Source: an uncultured bacterium
GTDB taxonomy: Bacteria > Bacillota > Clostridia > Lachnospirales > Lachnospiraceae
Assembly: GCA_905214365.1 (NCBI GenBank)
Contig: CAJMMH010000001.1
Location: 1 to 45,964 of the forward strand
Length of the DNA stretch: 45,964 nt
Reading direction: 5' to 3'
Shown: positions 28,474 through 37,138 of the stretch, piece by piece
Position numbering within the stretch: the first letter of the stretch is position 1
Layout: every line of letters starts with the position of its first letter
Notes under the pieces: model-generated
Seen by the model: the letters and a program-made list of their open reading frames with translations, nothing else
Databases searched by the model: none
Told to the model about the DNA's origin: nothing
Translations under genes and position numbers: made by a program

Positions 28474-29457
28474 CTATCCCTTCTTTGTTTTCTGCACGTT
28501 TCCACTCTCTTCACACGCCGGACGTTCTTTCTTACATCCGGTCAGCTGTACGTCTACCTTCCTGTATGGAATTTCGATTCCTTCCCGGTCAAACGTCAGC
28601 TTAATCTGCTCCGTCAGCCGCCATTTTGTCTTCCAGTATTCTTCAGTTAAGACCCACAGCCGCAGCCCCAAATTTACACTGCTGTCTGCCAGTTCTGAGA
28701 CAAATACCTCAATCGGCTGATCAGATAACCGCGCTGGATCAGACATGGCAAGCTCCCGCAGCAGCTCCTTCGCCTTCCTTAAATCAGACTGATAACCAAT
28801 TCCAACAATCAGCTCCAGCTGCCTGGTCGGATTTGCCGTTACATTTACAACGCTGCTGTCCGCTAGCGTTCCGTTCGGAATCAGAACCAGGCGGTTATCC
28901 AGGGTGCGAAGCTTGGTATACACCAGACCGATTTCCTTTACCGTTCCCTCATTGCTTCCCTGCACGATATAATCGCCGATCACAAACGGCTTTAACAGCA
29001 GAATCAGCACGCCTCCGGCAAAATTTGACAGGCTCCCCTGCAGCGCCAGGCCGGCCGCCACGCCGACCGATGCAAAAATCGCCGCAATTGATGTTACAGT
29101 GATTCCGACTGTCTGGAACAAGATCATCACAAGCATCAGATATCCGATTGCGTACAGGACATTGCGCAGAAAACGGCAGACTGTTATTTCCAGTCCGTGC
29201 CGTTCCATCATGTCAGTACACAGGCGCACCGCTTTATTGATCAGCTTTCTTCCGATCAGAAAAATAACAATTGCAAGCACTGCCCGCAGCAAATAGTCGG
29301 CCGCAATCGGCATATACGTATCAAACAGGTCACTCATCGAAATGCCTTTCCACTTCTCTACCTGTTTTGACAGTTCATCCGTTAGAAATTCCACAGTTTC
29401 TGTTGCCGCGGTTTCCGGAATCTCCGTCCCGATTTCTCTGTTCAGCCACAAACCCAC
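28474..29457 (-). CDS. mscS: Small-conductance mechanosensitive channel
   Basis: AAGLALQGSLSNFAGG, KPFVIGDYI, IPNGTL, LADSSVN, GIEIPY; GTG start after AGGAGG. Confidence 0.9.
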   Translation of the reverse strand: MGLWLNREIGTEIPETAATETVEFLTDELSKQVEKWKGISMSDLFDTYMPIAADYLLRAVLAIVIFLIGRKLINKAVRLCTDMMERHGLEITVCRFLRNVLYAIGYLMLVMILFQTVGITVTSIAAIFASVGVAAGLALQGSLSNFAGGVLILLLKPFVIGDYIVQGSNEGTVKEIGLVYTKLRTLDNRLVLIPNGTLADSSVVNVTANPTRQLELIVGIGYQSDLRKAKELLRELAMSDPARLSDQPIEVFVSELADSSVNLGLRLWVLTEEYWKTKWRLTEQIKLTFDREGIEIPYRKVDVQLTGCKKERPACEESGNVQKTKKG

Positions 29458-29479
29458 ATGCTCCCTCCTTTTCTCCGAA

Positions 29480-29532
29480 ATGTGCTCTCGGAATCCCGTT
29501 GTGCCTGAACTTACAGAATTCCAAGAGGACAT
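29480..29532 (-). repeat. ~58-nt UTR stem-loop element
   Basis: atgtgctctcggaatcccgttgtgcctgaactt...gaggacat; 22 nt upstream of the mscS GTG. Confidence 0.8.
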
Positions 29533-29654
29533 GAACATCGCTGCCCGAATCGCTTTCTTAAATAAAGGTACAACGTGTCCGCATAAAATGCAAGAGGAAG
29601 TCTGAAAAAGTCAAAGATTAACCATTTCTCTTTTTCCTTTGCCGCGGTATACTG

Positions 29655-29670
29655 GATTCCGAGAGTACAT
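29655..29670 (+). repeat. 3' half of the ~58-nt element
   Basis: gattccgagagtacat just after a TATACT -10 candidate, 31 nt upstream of ATG 29702. Confidence 0.6.
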
Positions 29671-29701
29671 TTTACCTTTCAGAAAGGACTGTTTCTTTAT
29701 T

Positions 29702-31072
29702 ATGGGTATCGCTTCTTCCAAATCTGTTTCCTCAAAAAACAGCCGTCTGATGACAGAAGGAAACATTCTGCCGCAGTTAGTTCTGTTTGCGCTCCCTCTT
29801 CTGGTCGGAAATCTGTTTCAGCAGCTTTATAATACGGTAGACAGTATTGTTGTCGGAAACTATGTCAGCAAAACCGCGCTGGCAGCCGTTGGTTCTACAG
29901 ACTGTATTGTCAATTCGATTATCGGCTTTTTTGCCGGACTTGCTACTGGTGCCGGCGTTGTTATTTCCCACAGCTTCGGAAGCCGCGATGACAAGGCAGT
30001 TCACCGGGCAGTTCATACAACTATTGCCCTGACCTTTGTGCTGGCTGTTTTCTTTACTATCATCGGCCTGATTCTGTCTCCTGTTTTCCTGCGGCTCATG
30101 GATACGCCGGAAGATGTGTTCCCGGAATCTTCCCAATACCTGAGTATTTATTTTGCCGGAATTTCCGGTCTGATGCTCTACAACATGGGTTCCGGAATCC
30201 TGCGGGCAGTCGGAGACTCCAGGCGGCCGCTCTACATCCTGATTGTCTGTGCGGTTTCCAACATTATTCTTGACCTGGTATTTGTTATTTATTTCCATGC
30301 CGGTGTCGCAGGCGTAGCCTGGGCTACGGTCATCTCCCAATGGATCTCCGCAATTCTGGTTCTGGTAATCCTGACCCGTGAAACCAGTTCTTACCGCCTG
30401 ATCTGGAAGGATTTGCGGATTGACCGGAGTACCGTTGTCTCTATCTTCCGAATCGGTTTTCCTGCCGGTCTTCAGATGGCTGTTACTTCATTTTCTAACG
30501 TTTTTGTTCAATCCTATATCAACCATTTCGGTTCTTCCTGCATGGCAGGATGGACGACCTACGGAAAGCTGGATAAGTTCTGCCTGCTTCCGATCCAGAG
30601 TATTGGTCTCTCCGTCACTACCTTTGTCGGCCAGAATCTCGGCGCAGGAAACACGAACCGTGCCAGACAGGGAACACGGACTGCAGTTCTTCTTGCGGAA
30701 GCCGCTGCCGCAATCCTGATGGTTCCGGTGCTTCTGTTTGCCCCGTTCCTTGCTTCTTTATTTAACCAGGATCCGGAAGTTCTTGAATATGGCGTATGGT
30801 TTATCCGTCTGATGATGCCGTTTTATTTTGCCATCGGCTTTAATCAGATCTATGCCAACGCACTGCGCGGAGCCGGAAACTCCACTGCTCCAATGGTGAT
30901 TATGATGGGAAGCTTTATCGTATTCCGCCAGATTTATCTCTTCATCATTTCCAGATGTTTTAACACCGTAACTGCCGTTGCCCTCGGATATCCGCTCGGA
31001 TGGATTCTCTGCAGTATCATTCTCTTCTTCTATTATCACAAAGTCGGGCTGACCTTAAAAAAAGTGGTTTAA
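29702..31072 (+). CDS. MATE efflux transporter
   Basis: GNLFQQLYNTVDSIVVG, ILRAVGDS, TFVGQNLGAG. Confidence 0.92.
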   Translation: MGIASSKSVSSKNSRLMTEGNILPQLVLFALPLLVGNLFQQLYNTVDSIVVGNYVSKTALAAVGSTDCIVNSIIGFFAGLATGAGVVISHSFGSRDDKAVHRAVHTTIALTFVLAVFFTIIGLILSPVFLRLMDTPEDVFPESSQYLSIYFAGISGLMLYNMGSGILRAVGDSRRPLYILIVCAVSNIILDLVFVIYFHAGVAGVAWATVISQWISAILVLVILTRETSSYRLIWKDLRIDRSTVVSIFRIGFPAGLQMAVTSFSNVFVQSYINHFGSSCMAGWTTYGKLDKFCLLPIQSIGLSVTTFVGQNLGAGNTNRARQGTRTAVLLAEAAAAILMVPVLLFAPFLASLFNQDPEVLEYGVWFIRLMMPFYFAIGFNQIYANALRGAGNSTAPMVIMMGSFIVFRQIYLFIISRCFNTVTAVALGYPLGWILCSIILFFYYHKVGLTLKKVV

Positions 31073-31093
31073 CCCGTCCGGTTAATCTTCAGC

Positions 31094-31122
31094 TTGACTT
31101 TGCTTTTCCGCTATATTATGAT
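31094..31122 (+). promoter_or_regulatory. Sigma-A promoter
   Basis: TTGACT-N17-TATGAT. Confidence 0.6.
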
Positions 31123-31167
31123 AATCTGGCTGTGCGGCAAATGATTCTCCGTACGGCCAGTTTCTAT

Positions 31168-31212
31168 ATGTACTCTCGCAAAGCCAGGCACAACGAGACT
31201 CCGAGAGCACAT
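31168..31212 (+). repeat. ~58-nt UTR element (shortened)
   Basis: atgtactctcg...caggcacaacgagactccgagagcacat; 20 nt upstream of ATG 31233. Confidence 0.8.
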
Positions 31213-31232
31213 TTATGATGTTAGGAGGGTTT

Positions 31233-32555
31233 ATGATTCACTCAGATTCTTCCCCGCAGGCAATCCGCCGCTCGTTTGCCGGATATGTCTCGCAGAATAT
31301 TCTCGGTATGATCGGCATTTCCGCTTATGTGCTTGCGGATACCTTTTTTATTTCACTGGCGGAGGGCGCAGACGGCATTACCGCGCTTAACCTTGTCCTG
31401 CCGCTTTACAGTCTGATTTTTGCAATTGGTTCTATGATTGCGGTCGGCTCGGCAACCCGTTTTACCATCAGCCGTGCGCGCGGTGACAGCGATTCTGACA
31501 GCTATCTGTTCAACGCGCTGTTTTTCGCGCTTGTACTTGGACTCCTGTTTACTGCAGCCGGCATTCTGATTCCGGATCGGCTGATCGCTCTGCTCGGCGG
31601 CGACCCGGAAATCGTTCGGATCGGTACACCGTATACGCGTCTCTTTCTGCTGTTCGGCCCGATATTCATGTGGAATTATATTCTCAATGCGTTTGTCCGC
31701 AATGATAAGAATCCGTCTCTGGCAATGGCAGCGACGCTGTCGAGCAGCATGTTCAATATTGTCATGGACTACGTGCTGATGTTTCCGCTCGACATGGGGA
31801 TGTCCGGCGCAGCCCTGGCAACGGCAATTTCTCCGCTTGTCGGCATTCTGGTCTGCAGTCTGCATTTTCTTTCCAAGAAAAATACACTGCGCCTGCGCGC
31901 TGCCCGCCCGTCTGTACGAAAGCTTCTCCGCTCCTGCCAGCTCGGCGTTCCGGCATTTGTCGGCGAAATTTCTTCCGGTGTCACCACAACGATTTTCAAC
32001 TTCCTGATTCTCGGTCTTGCCGGAAATGTCGGCGTTGCCGCTTACGGAGTTGTTGCCAACACCGCAATGGTCGCTACCTCCATTTTCAATGGTATCGCCC
32101 AGGGCTCTCAGCCGCTGTTAAGCCGGTTTCACGGGCGCAGTGAGCATCATGCCCTGCGCCAGGTGCTCCGGCTCTCTCTGATTACGACACTCTGTGCCGC
32201 TCTGCTTGTTGTCCTCATTGCCAACATAGCGACTGAGCCGATTGTTGCTATGTTTAACGGCGAGGGAAACCCGGAAATGGCCGTCTACGCTGATACCGGT
32301 GTGCGCCTTTACTTTACCGGCTACCTTTTTGCCGGCTTCAATATTGTCGGAACCGGCTTTTTAAGCTCGACCGAAGCTGCAAACTGGGCATTTGCGGCGT
32401 CCATCCTCAGAGGCTTTATCGCAATCAGTGTCTGCGCGTTTGTCATGGCCGCGCTGTTCGGTATGACCGGCATCTGGCTTGCATTCCCGGCTGCAGAGCT
32501 GATTACCGCATGTGTGACGGCATTTGGCATCCGCCGCACGGTTTTCCGAAATTAA
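31233..32555 (+). CDS. MATE efflux transporter (MepA-like)
   Basis: YVLADTFFI, FVRNDKNP, GIAQGSQPL, GIWLAFPAAE; start after AGGAGG. Confidence 0.9.
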   Translation: MIHSDSSPQAIRRSFAGYVSQNILGMIGISAYVLADTFFISLAEGADGITALNLVLPLYSLIFAIGSMIAVGSATRFTISRARGDSDSDSYLFNALFFALVLGLLFTAAGILIPDRLIALLGGDPEIVRIGTPYTRLFLLFGPIFMWNYILNAFVRNDKNPSLAMAATLSSSMFNIVMDYVLMFPLDMGMSGAALATAISPLVGILVCSLHFLSKKNTLRLRAARPSVRKLLRSCQLGVPAFVGEISSGVTTTIFNFLILGLAGNVGVAAYGVVANTAMVATSIFNGIAQGSQPLLSRFHGRSEHHALRQVLRLSLITTLCAALLVVLIANIATEPIVAMFNGEGNPEMAVYADTGVRLYFTGYLFAGFNIVGTGFLSSTEAANWAFAASILRGFIAISVCAFVMAALFGMTGIWLAFPAAELITACVTAFGIRRTVFRN

Positions 32556-32634
32556 TCGCTTCCAGAACGTGTTTCCGGCAGGATTTACCTGCCGGTTTTT
32601 TTCGGTGTAATTTTCCATGAAGAAAAAAAGGATC

Positions 32635-32663
32635 TTGCCACAAAGGGCAGTCTGGTGTATGAT
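32635..32663 (+). promoter_or_regulatory. Sigma-A promoter of the kinase-isomerase operon
   Basis: TTGCCA-N17-TATGAT. Confidence 0.6.
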
Positions 32664-32708
32664 GATAGAAGCAGATATGAGCGCAAACACGCTTTTTAGG
32701 AGGTAAAC

Positions 32709-34112
32709 ATGGCAGCATATTATCTGGCAGTAGATATTGGCGCGTCCAGCGGACGCCACATTCTGGGACACATGGAAAATGGAAAGATGATCCTGGAAGA
32801 GATTTACCGTTTCGAGAACGGCATGGTTAAAAAGGACGGCGAACTTTGCTGGGAATTTGACCGTTTGTTCCGTGAAATCGTAAACGGCATGAAGAAATGT
32901 AAGGAAATCGGCAAGATTCCGGTCAGCATGGGAATCGATACCTGGGGCGTTGACTTTGTTCTTCTGGACAAGAATGACAACGTACTCGGCAATACCGTTG
33001 GTTACCGTGATCACCGCACAGACGGCATGGATGAAGAGGTTTACAAGATCATCTCTCTGAAGGATCTGTACGCGAGAACCGGTATCCAGAAGGCCATTTT
33101 CAACACGATCTATCAGCTGATGGCCGTAAAGAAAAAGCATCCGGAGTATCTGGAGCAGGCGGAGACGCTGCTTCACGTACCGGATTACTTCCACTATCTT
33201 CTTACCGGCAAAAAGACCTGCGAGTACACGGAAGCAACCACCGGCCAGCTGGTAAGCCCGATTACCAAGGATTGGGATTATGAGCTGATCGATATGCTCG
33301 GCTACCCGAAGAAGATCTTCCAGAAGCTGATCATGCCGGGAACAAGCATCGGCAGCCTGACCGATGAAATCAAGAAGGAGGTCGGCTTCGATCTTGAGGT
33401 TGTCGCTCCTGCTACCCACGACACCGGCTCCGCAGTTCTGGCGGTTCCGGCCAATGACGACGACTTCATTTATATCAGCTCCGGCACCTGGTCCTTGATG
33501 GGAATCGAGCGCAAAGAGGCTGACTGCTCCGAAAAGAGCTGCAGTATGAACTTCACCAACGAAGGCGGCTATGAAGGACGTTTCCGTTACCTGAAGAATA
33601 TTATGGGTCTGTGGATGATCCAGTCTGTCCGCCACGAGTTCAACGATGCCTACAGCTTCGCCCAGATCTGCGAGATGGCGGAAGCGGCAAAGGACTTCCC
33701 GTCCAGAGTTGACGCGAACGATGAGTGCTTCCTTTCTCCGGACAATATGACCGAAGAGGTGAAGGACTACTGCCGCAGAACCGGCCAGAAGGTTCCGGAA
33801 ACCCTCGGCGAGATTGCTACCGTTATCTATACCAGCCTTGCGGAGTGCTACGCAAAGACCGCGAAAGAGTTGGAAGAGATGACCGGAAGAACCTACAGCC
33901 GCATCCACATTGTCGGCGGCGGTTCCAACGCGGGCTACCTCAATGAACTGACTGCAAAGGCAACAAAGAAGGAAATCCATGCCGGTCCGGGCGAGGCAAC
34001 CGCAATCGGAAATATTACCGCCCAGATACTCAAAGCAGGCGAGTTTTCCAGCGTCGAAGAGGCCCGCACCACGATCCATGAGTCCTTCGGCATTAAAGTA
34101 TATCAGGCATAA
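32709..34112 (+). CDS. rhaB: Rhamnulokinase/fuculokinase-like FGGY kinase
   Basis: LAVDIGASSGR, IDTWGVDF, YRDHRT, THDTGSAV, SSGTWSLMG, FTNEGG, LKNIMGLW, GPGEATAIGN. Confidence 0.85.
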   Translation: MAAYYLAVDIGASSGRHILGHMENGKMILEEIYRFENGMVKKDGELCWEFDRLFREIVNGMKKCKEIGKIPVSMGIDTWGVDFVLLDKNDNVLGNTVGYRDHRTDGMDEEVYKIISLKDLYARTGIQKAIFNTIYQLMAVKKKHPEYLEQAETLLHVPDYFHYLLTGKKTCEYTEATTGQLVSPITKDWDYELIDMLGYPKKIFQKLIMPGTSIGSLTDEIKKEVGFDLEVVAPATHDTGSAVLAVPANDDDFIYISSGTWSLMGIERKEADCSEKSCSMNFTNEGGYEGRFRYLKNIMGLWMIQSVRHEFNDAYSFAQICEMAEAAKDFPSRVDANDECFLSPDNMTEEVKDYCRRTGQKVPETLGEIATVIYTSLAECYAKTAKELEEMTGRTYSRIHIVGGGSNAGYLNELTAKATKKEIHAGPGEATAIGNITAQILKAGEFSSVEEARTTIHESFGIKVYQA

Positions 34113-34135
34113 TCAAACAAATTGGAGGTTCTGAC

Positions 34136-35554
34136 ATGTTAGTTAACACAAAAGCAAGAGTTGGTGTATTTTCCATCGCTTTAGGCGCATACCTTCCTCA
34201 GTTCCCGTCTCTGGTTCCGGAGTTCGAGGCTCAGTACGCAGCATTCAAAAAGACCCTTCCGGATACCGTAGAGATCATTGACGGCGGCATGGTTACCACC
34301 AAAGAGCAGGCAATGGCTGCAGGCGACAAGTTCCGCGCCGCAGACGTTGATCTGGTATTCCTTCAGATGCTGACCTACGCAACTTCCTACAACATGCTTC
34401 CGGCAATCCGCGACCTGGATGTTCCGGTTGTTCTGGTAAATGTTCAGAAGCTGAAGGCTCTGGACTATGAGCATACCGATATCGCGTCCTGGCTGGGCGA
34501 AGGCTACGCGTGCGGCGCTGTCGGCGAGGCTGTTGCCGATCTGGAGCGCGCAGGCAAGAGACATGCTGTTATCACCGGTGTTGTTGAAGGCGGAGATCCG
34601 GCTGTTCAGGCTGAGATTGAGGACTGGTGCAAGGCTGCTCAGGTAAGAAGAAGATTCCGCGATACCAACATCGCTCAGATCGGAAGACCGTATCCGGGTA
34701 TGATGGATCTGTATATCGACGAGACCAACCTGTACAACCGCATGTTCCTGTACACCAAGCAGTTTGACTGGGAGAAGATGTGGGCAATCGCTGACAACAT
34801 CACCGATGAGGAAGCAATCCGTGCAAAGGCTCAGGATATTCTGGATACCTTCGAGATCGAGGGCGGCGGCACCATCGAGAAGGTATGGGAGATGGCAAAG
34901 TATGTCGTTGCATTTGAGCAGTGGGTTAAGGACGAGCATCTCGGCCTGATCGCTTCTCACTACGACGGATTCGCACAGGGCAAGGCCGGCGTTCTTGACT
35001 CCATGCTGATCCCGGCATTCTCCATGCTGATCAAGCAGGGAACCGCATGCGCTGTTGAAGGCGACATGAAGGTTGCGATGGCAATGAGCATCTTAAAGAC
35101 CATCTCCGGCACCGGCCAGCTGTCCGAGATGTACTCCATCGACTTCAACGACGATATCTGCATCATCGGCCACTCTGGAAGCGGCGACGCTGATATCTCC
35201 GCAAAGAAGCCTACTATGAAGATCGTTAAGGTATTCCACGGCAAGACCGGCGGCGGCTACCTGACTCAGTTTTATCCGTACACCGGCCCGGTTACCTACC
35301 TGGCTATCACTCAGGACGCTGACGGCCACTTCAAGTTCGTTGTTGCAGAGGGCGTAAACGAGGAAGGACCGATCCTTTCCTTCGGCGACACCAACATGAG
35401 AACCCGCTTCACCTGCGGCGCAAGAGAGTTTGTAAACCGCTGGAGTGAGGCAGGCCCGACCCATCATATGGCAGCTGCCTGCGGCAGACATATCGATACC
35501 ATCCTGAAGGTTGCCAAGATCCTCAATGTTCCGGTTGAGATCGTAACCAGATAA
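34136..35554 (+). CDS. L-arabinose/L-fucose isomerase-family protein
   Basis: CAVEGD, LSEMY, IIGHSG, GPTHHM correspond to the AraA-type E/E/H/H metal-ligand pattern; strongly biased codon usage. Confidence 0.8.
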   Translation: MLVNTKARVGVFSIALGAYLPQFPSLVPEFEAQYAAFKKTLPDTVEIIDGGMVTTKEQAMAAGDKFRAADVDLVFLQMLTYATSYNMLPAIRDLDVPVVLVNVQKLKALDYEHTDIASWLGEGYACGAVGEAVADLERAGKRHAVITGVVEGGDPAVQAEIEDWCKAAQVRRRFRDTNIAQIGRPYPGMMDLYIDETNLYNRMFLYTKQFDWEKMWAIADNITDEEAIRAKAQDILDTFEIEGGGTIEKVWEMAKYVVAFEQWVKDEHLGLIASHYDGFAQGKAGVLDSMLIPAFSMLIKQGTACAVEGDMKVAMAMSILKTISGTGQLSEMYSIDFNDDICIIGHSGSGDADISAKKPTMKIVKVFHGKTGGGYLTQFYPYTGPVTYLAITQDADGHFKFVVAEGVNEEGPILSFGDTNMRTRFTCGAREFVNRWSEAGPTHHMAAACGRHIDTILKVAKILNVPVEIVTR

Positions 35555-35586
35555 TAAACATATCGCCGAATATTTCATTCGCATCG

Positions 35587-35630
35587 AAAAAAGGCAGCGA
35601 AGCACATTTCCATTGCTTCGCCGCCTTTTT
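35587..35630. terminator. Bidirectional terminator
   Basis: aaaaaa-ggcagcgaagca/tgcttcgccgcc-ttttt. Confidence 0.8.
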
Positions 35631-35652
35631 ATTTTCTCTGCACTGCTTTTGT

Positions 35653-35952
35653 TTACTTCTGTCCTTCCGCCGTCTTCTGTTTTTTGCCTGCTTCGGCTTT
35701 TTCAGCGGCACACTTCTGCTTCTTCTGATCCCGGTCCATCTGGTACATCAGGTAATCCAGACAGTCCACGCACTTCTGCCCTTCATGAATTGACTCCATC
35801 AGCGTCCTTCGGTGCTGCTCAAGCAGCTTCCTGCACTCGCGTTCCTTTCCCTGCCGGGCAGCATCACAAAACGCGGCAATTTTCTTTTCGCAGCAGCCTG
35901 CGTCCTTTAAGTTCCGAATCATATCTTCATCTGGCGTTTTGTTCTGCATCAT
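35653..35952 (-). CDS. Small conserved clostridial hypothetical protein
   Basis: IRNLKDAGC...LLEQHRRTL...QKCVDCLDYL pattern, recalled from clostridial proteins; SD AAAGGA; divergent from LysR. Confidence 0.7.
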   Translation of the reverse strand: MMQNKTPDEDMIRNLKDAGCCEKKIAAFCDAARQGKERECRKLLEQHRRTLMESIHEGQKCVDCLDYLMYQMDRDQKKQKCAAEKAEAGKKQKTAEGQK

Positions 35953-36088
35953 CCTGTCCTTTCCGCCGCTTTGCAGCGTCTTTTCTTCATCTGCTTTCTG
36001 CTCACGCTGCGCAAAAAACGCAGCATTTTCTGTTTATAGTATAGCCGTTCCGTACCAAAACAACAAATACTTATCTTTCATATTCTGT

Positions 36089-36123
36089 TATGCTTGACCG
36101 GCATAGCAGATTTCTGCTATACT
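36089..36123. promoter_or_regulatory. LysR T-N11-A box overlapping the lysR promoter
   Basis: TATGC-N7-GCATA at 36089-36105; TTGACC-N18-TATACT at 36094-36123. Confidence 0.65.
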
Positions 36124-36140
36124 TCAGCTGCACGCCTGTC

Positions 36141-36186
36141 ATCTCTCAAAACCCCATTGTGCCTGAGAGAGATTTCGGAAGCCGAT
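36141..36186 (-). repeat. Degenerate ~58-nt UTR element
   Basis: ctctcaaaaccccattgtgcctga...gatttcggaagccgat; about 22 nt upstream of ATG 36209. Confidence 0.45.
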
Positions 36187-36208
36187 GCCAAAGAAGGGAG
36201 GAACTTTT

Positions 36209-37138
36209 ATGGAGCTTCGTGTTCTTGAATATTTTCTCGCTGTTGCCAGAGAACAGAGCATTCTCGGAGCTGCGGAGTCACTGCATTTATCCCAGCCAAC
36301 GCTTTCCCGTCAGCTGAAGGATCTTGAAACAGAACTGGGAAAGCAGCTCTTCCTTCGCGGAAACCGAAAAATTACGCTGACGGAGGAAGGGATGATTCTG
36401 CGTAAGCGCGCGGAAGAAATTCTCGATCTGGTCCGCAAAACAGAGGATGAGGTTGCCTGCTCCGATGATGCGGTCAGCGGAGAAATCTACATCGGCGCGG
36501 CGGAAACGGACGCGATCCATCTGATTGCCCGCACAGCAAAACAGCTGCGGAATGAATATCCGCAGCTGCGATTCCGTATCTCCAGCGGAGATGCCTGTGA
36601 CGTGCTGGAGCTTCTTGATAAAGGTCTGATTGATTTCGGCGTGCTGTTTGAGCCGCTTTCTCTGGAAAAATATAATCACCTGACGCTCCCCGTCCGCGAT
36701 ACCTGGGGCGTACTGATGCGCCGCGATTCCCCGCTTGCTGCGAATGAAAGCGTGAGTCCGGAGGATCTGTGGGGCAAGCCGCTGATTCTTTCCAGACAAT
36801 ATAAGGACGGAAGCGATCTCTCGCTCTGGCTCGGCCGCAACCTCTCTGACCTGAATGTAGCGGCCACCTATAGCCTGATTTACAATGGTTCCATCCTCGT
36901 TGATGAAGGAATCGGCTATGCGCTTTGCCTTGATCATGTGATCAATACCTGCGGAAACAGCCACATCTGTTTCCGCCCGCTTTCCCCGAAGCTGGAAATC
37001 GGAAGCCAGCTGATCTGGAAGCGCTACCAGGTTCATTCCAGAGCCGCCCAGCTGTTCTTAGATCGTCTACAGGAATCACTGCAGTCTCCTATAAATCCTT
37101 CACTGACAGCGCGCGGATTGCATTCAGTACCGCAATGA
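36209..37138 (+). CDS. LysR-family transcriptional regulator
   Basis: MELRVLEYFLAVARE, AAESLHLSQPTLSRQLKDLE, LTEEG, GLIDFG. Confidence 0.95.
   Translation: MELRVLEYFLAVAREQSILGAAESLHLSQPTLSRQLKDLETELGKQLFLRGNRKITLTEEGMILRKRAEEILDLVRKTEDEVACSDDAVSGEIYIGAAETDAIHLIARTAKQLRNEYPQLRFRISSGDACDVLELLDKGLIDFGVLFEPLSLEKYNHLTLPVRDTWGVLMRRDSPLAANESVSPEDLWGKPLILSRQYKDGSDLSLWLGRNLSDLNVAATYSLIYNGSILVDEGIGYALCLDHVINTCGNSHICFRPLSPKLEIGSQLIWKRYQVHSRAAQLFLDRLQESLQSPINPSLTARGLHSVPQ

Noticed and set aside
29458..29538. N-terminal ORF extensions of mscS (likewise 31215, 39056, 39319, 18558, 23424, 43598)
   Set aside because: Extensions run through repeats, promoters or IS ends; better SD-linked starts lie downstream.
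32361..34079. 572-aa minus-strand ORF
   Set aside because: Antisense shadow of the codon-biased kinase gene; no recognisable motifs.
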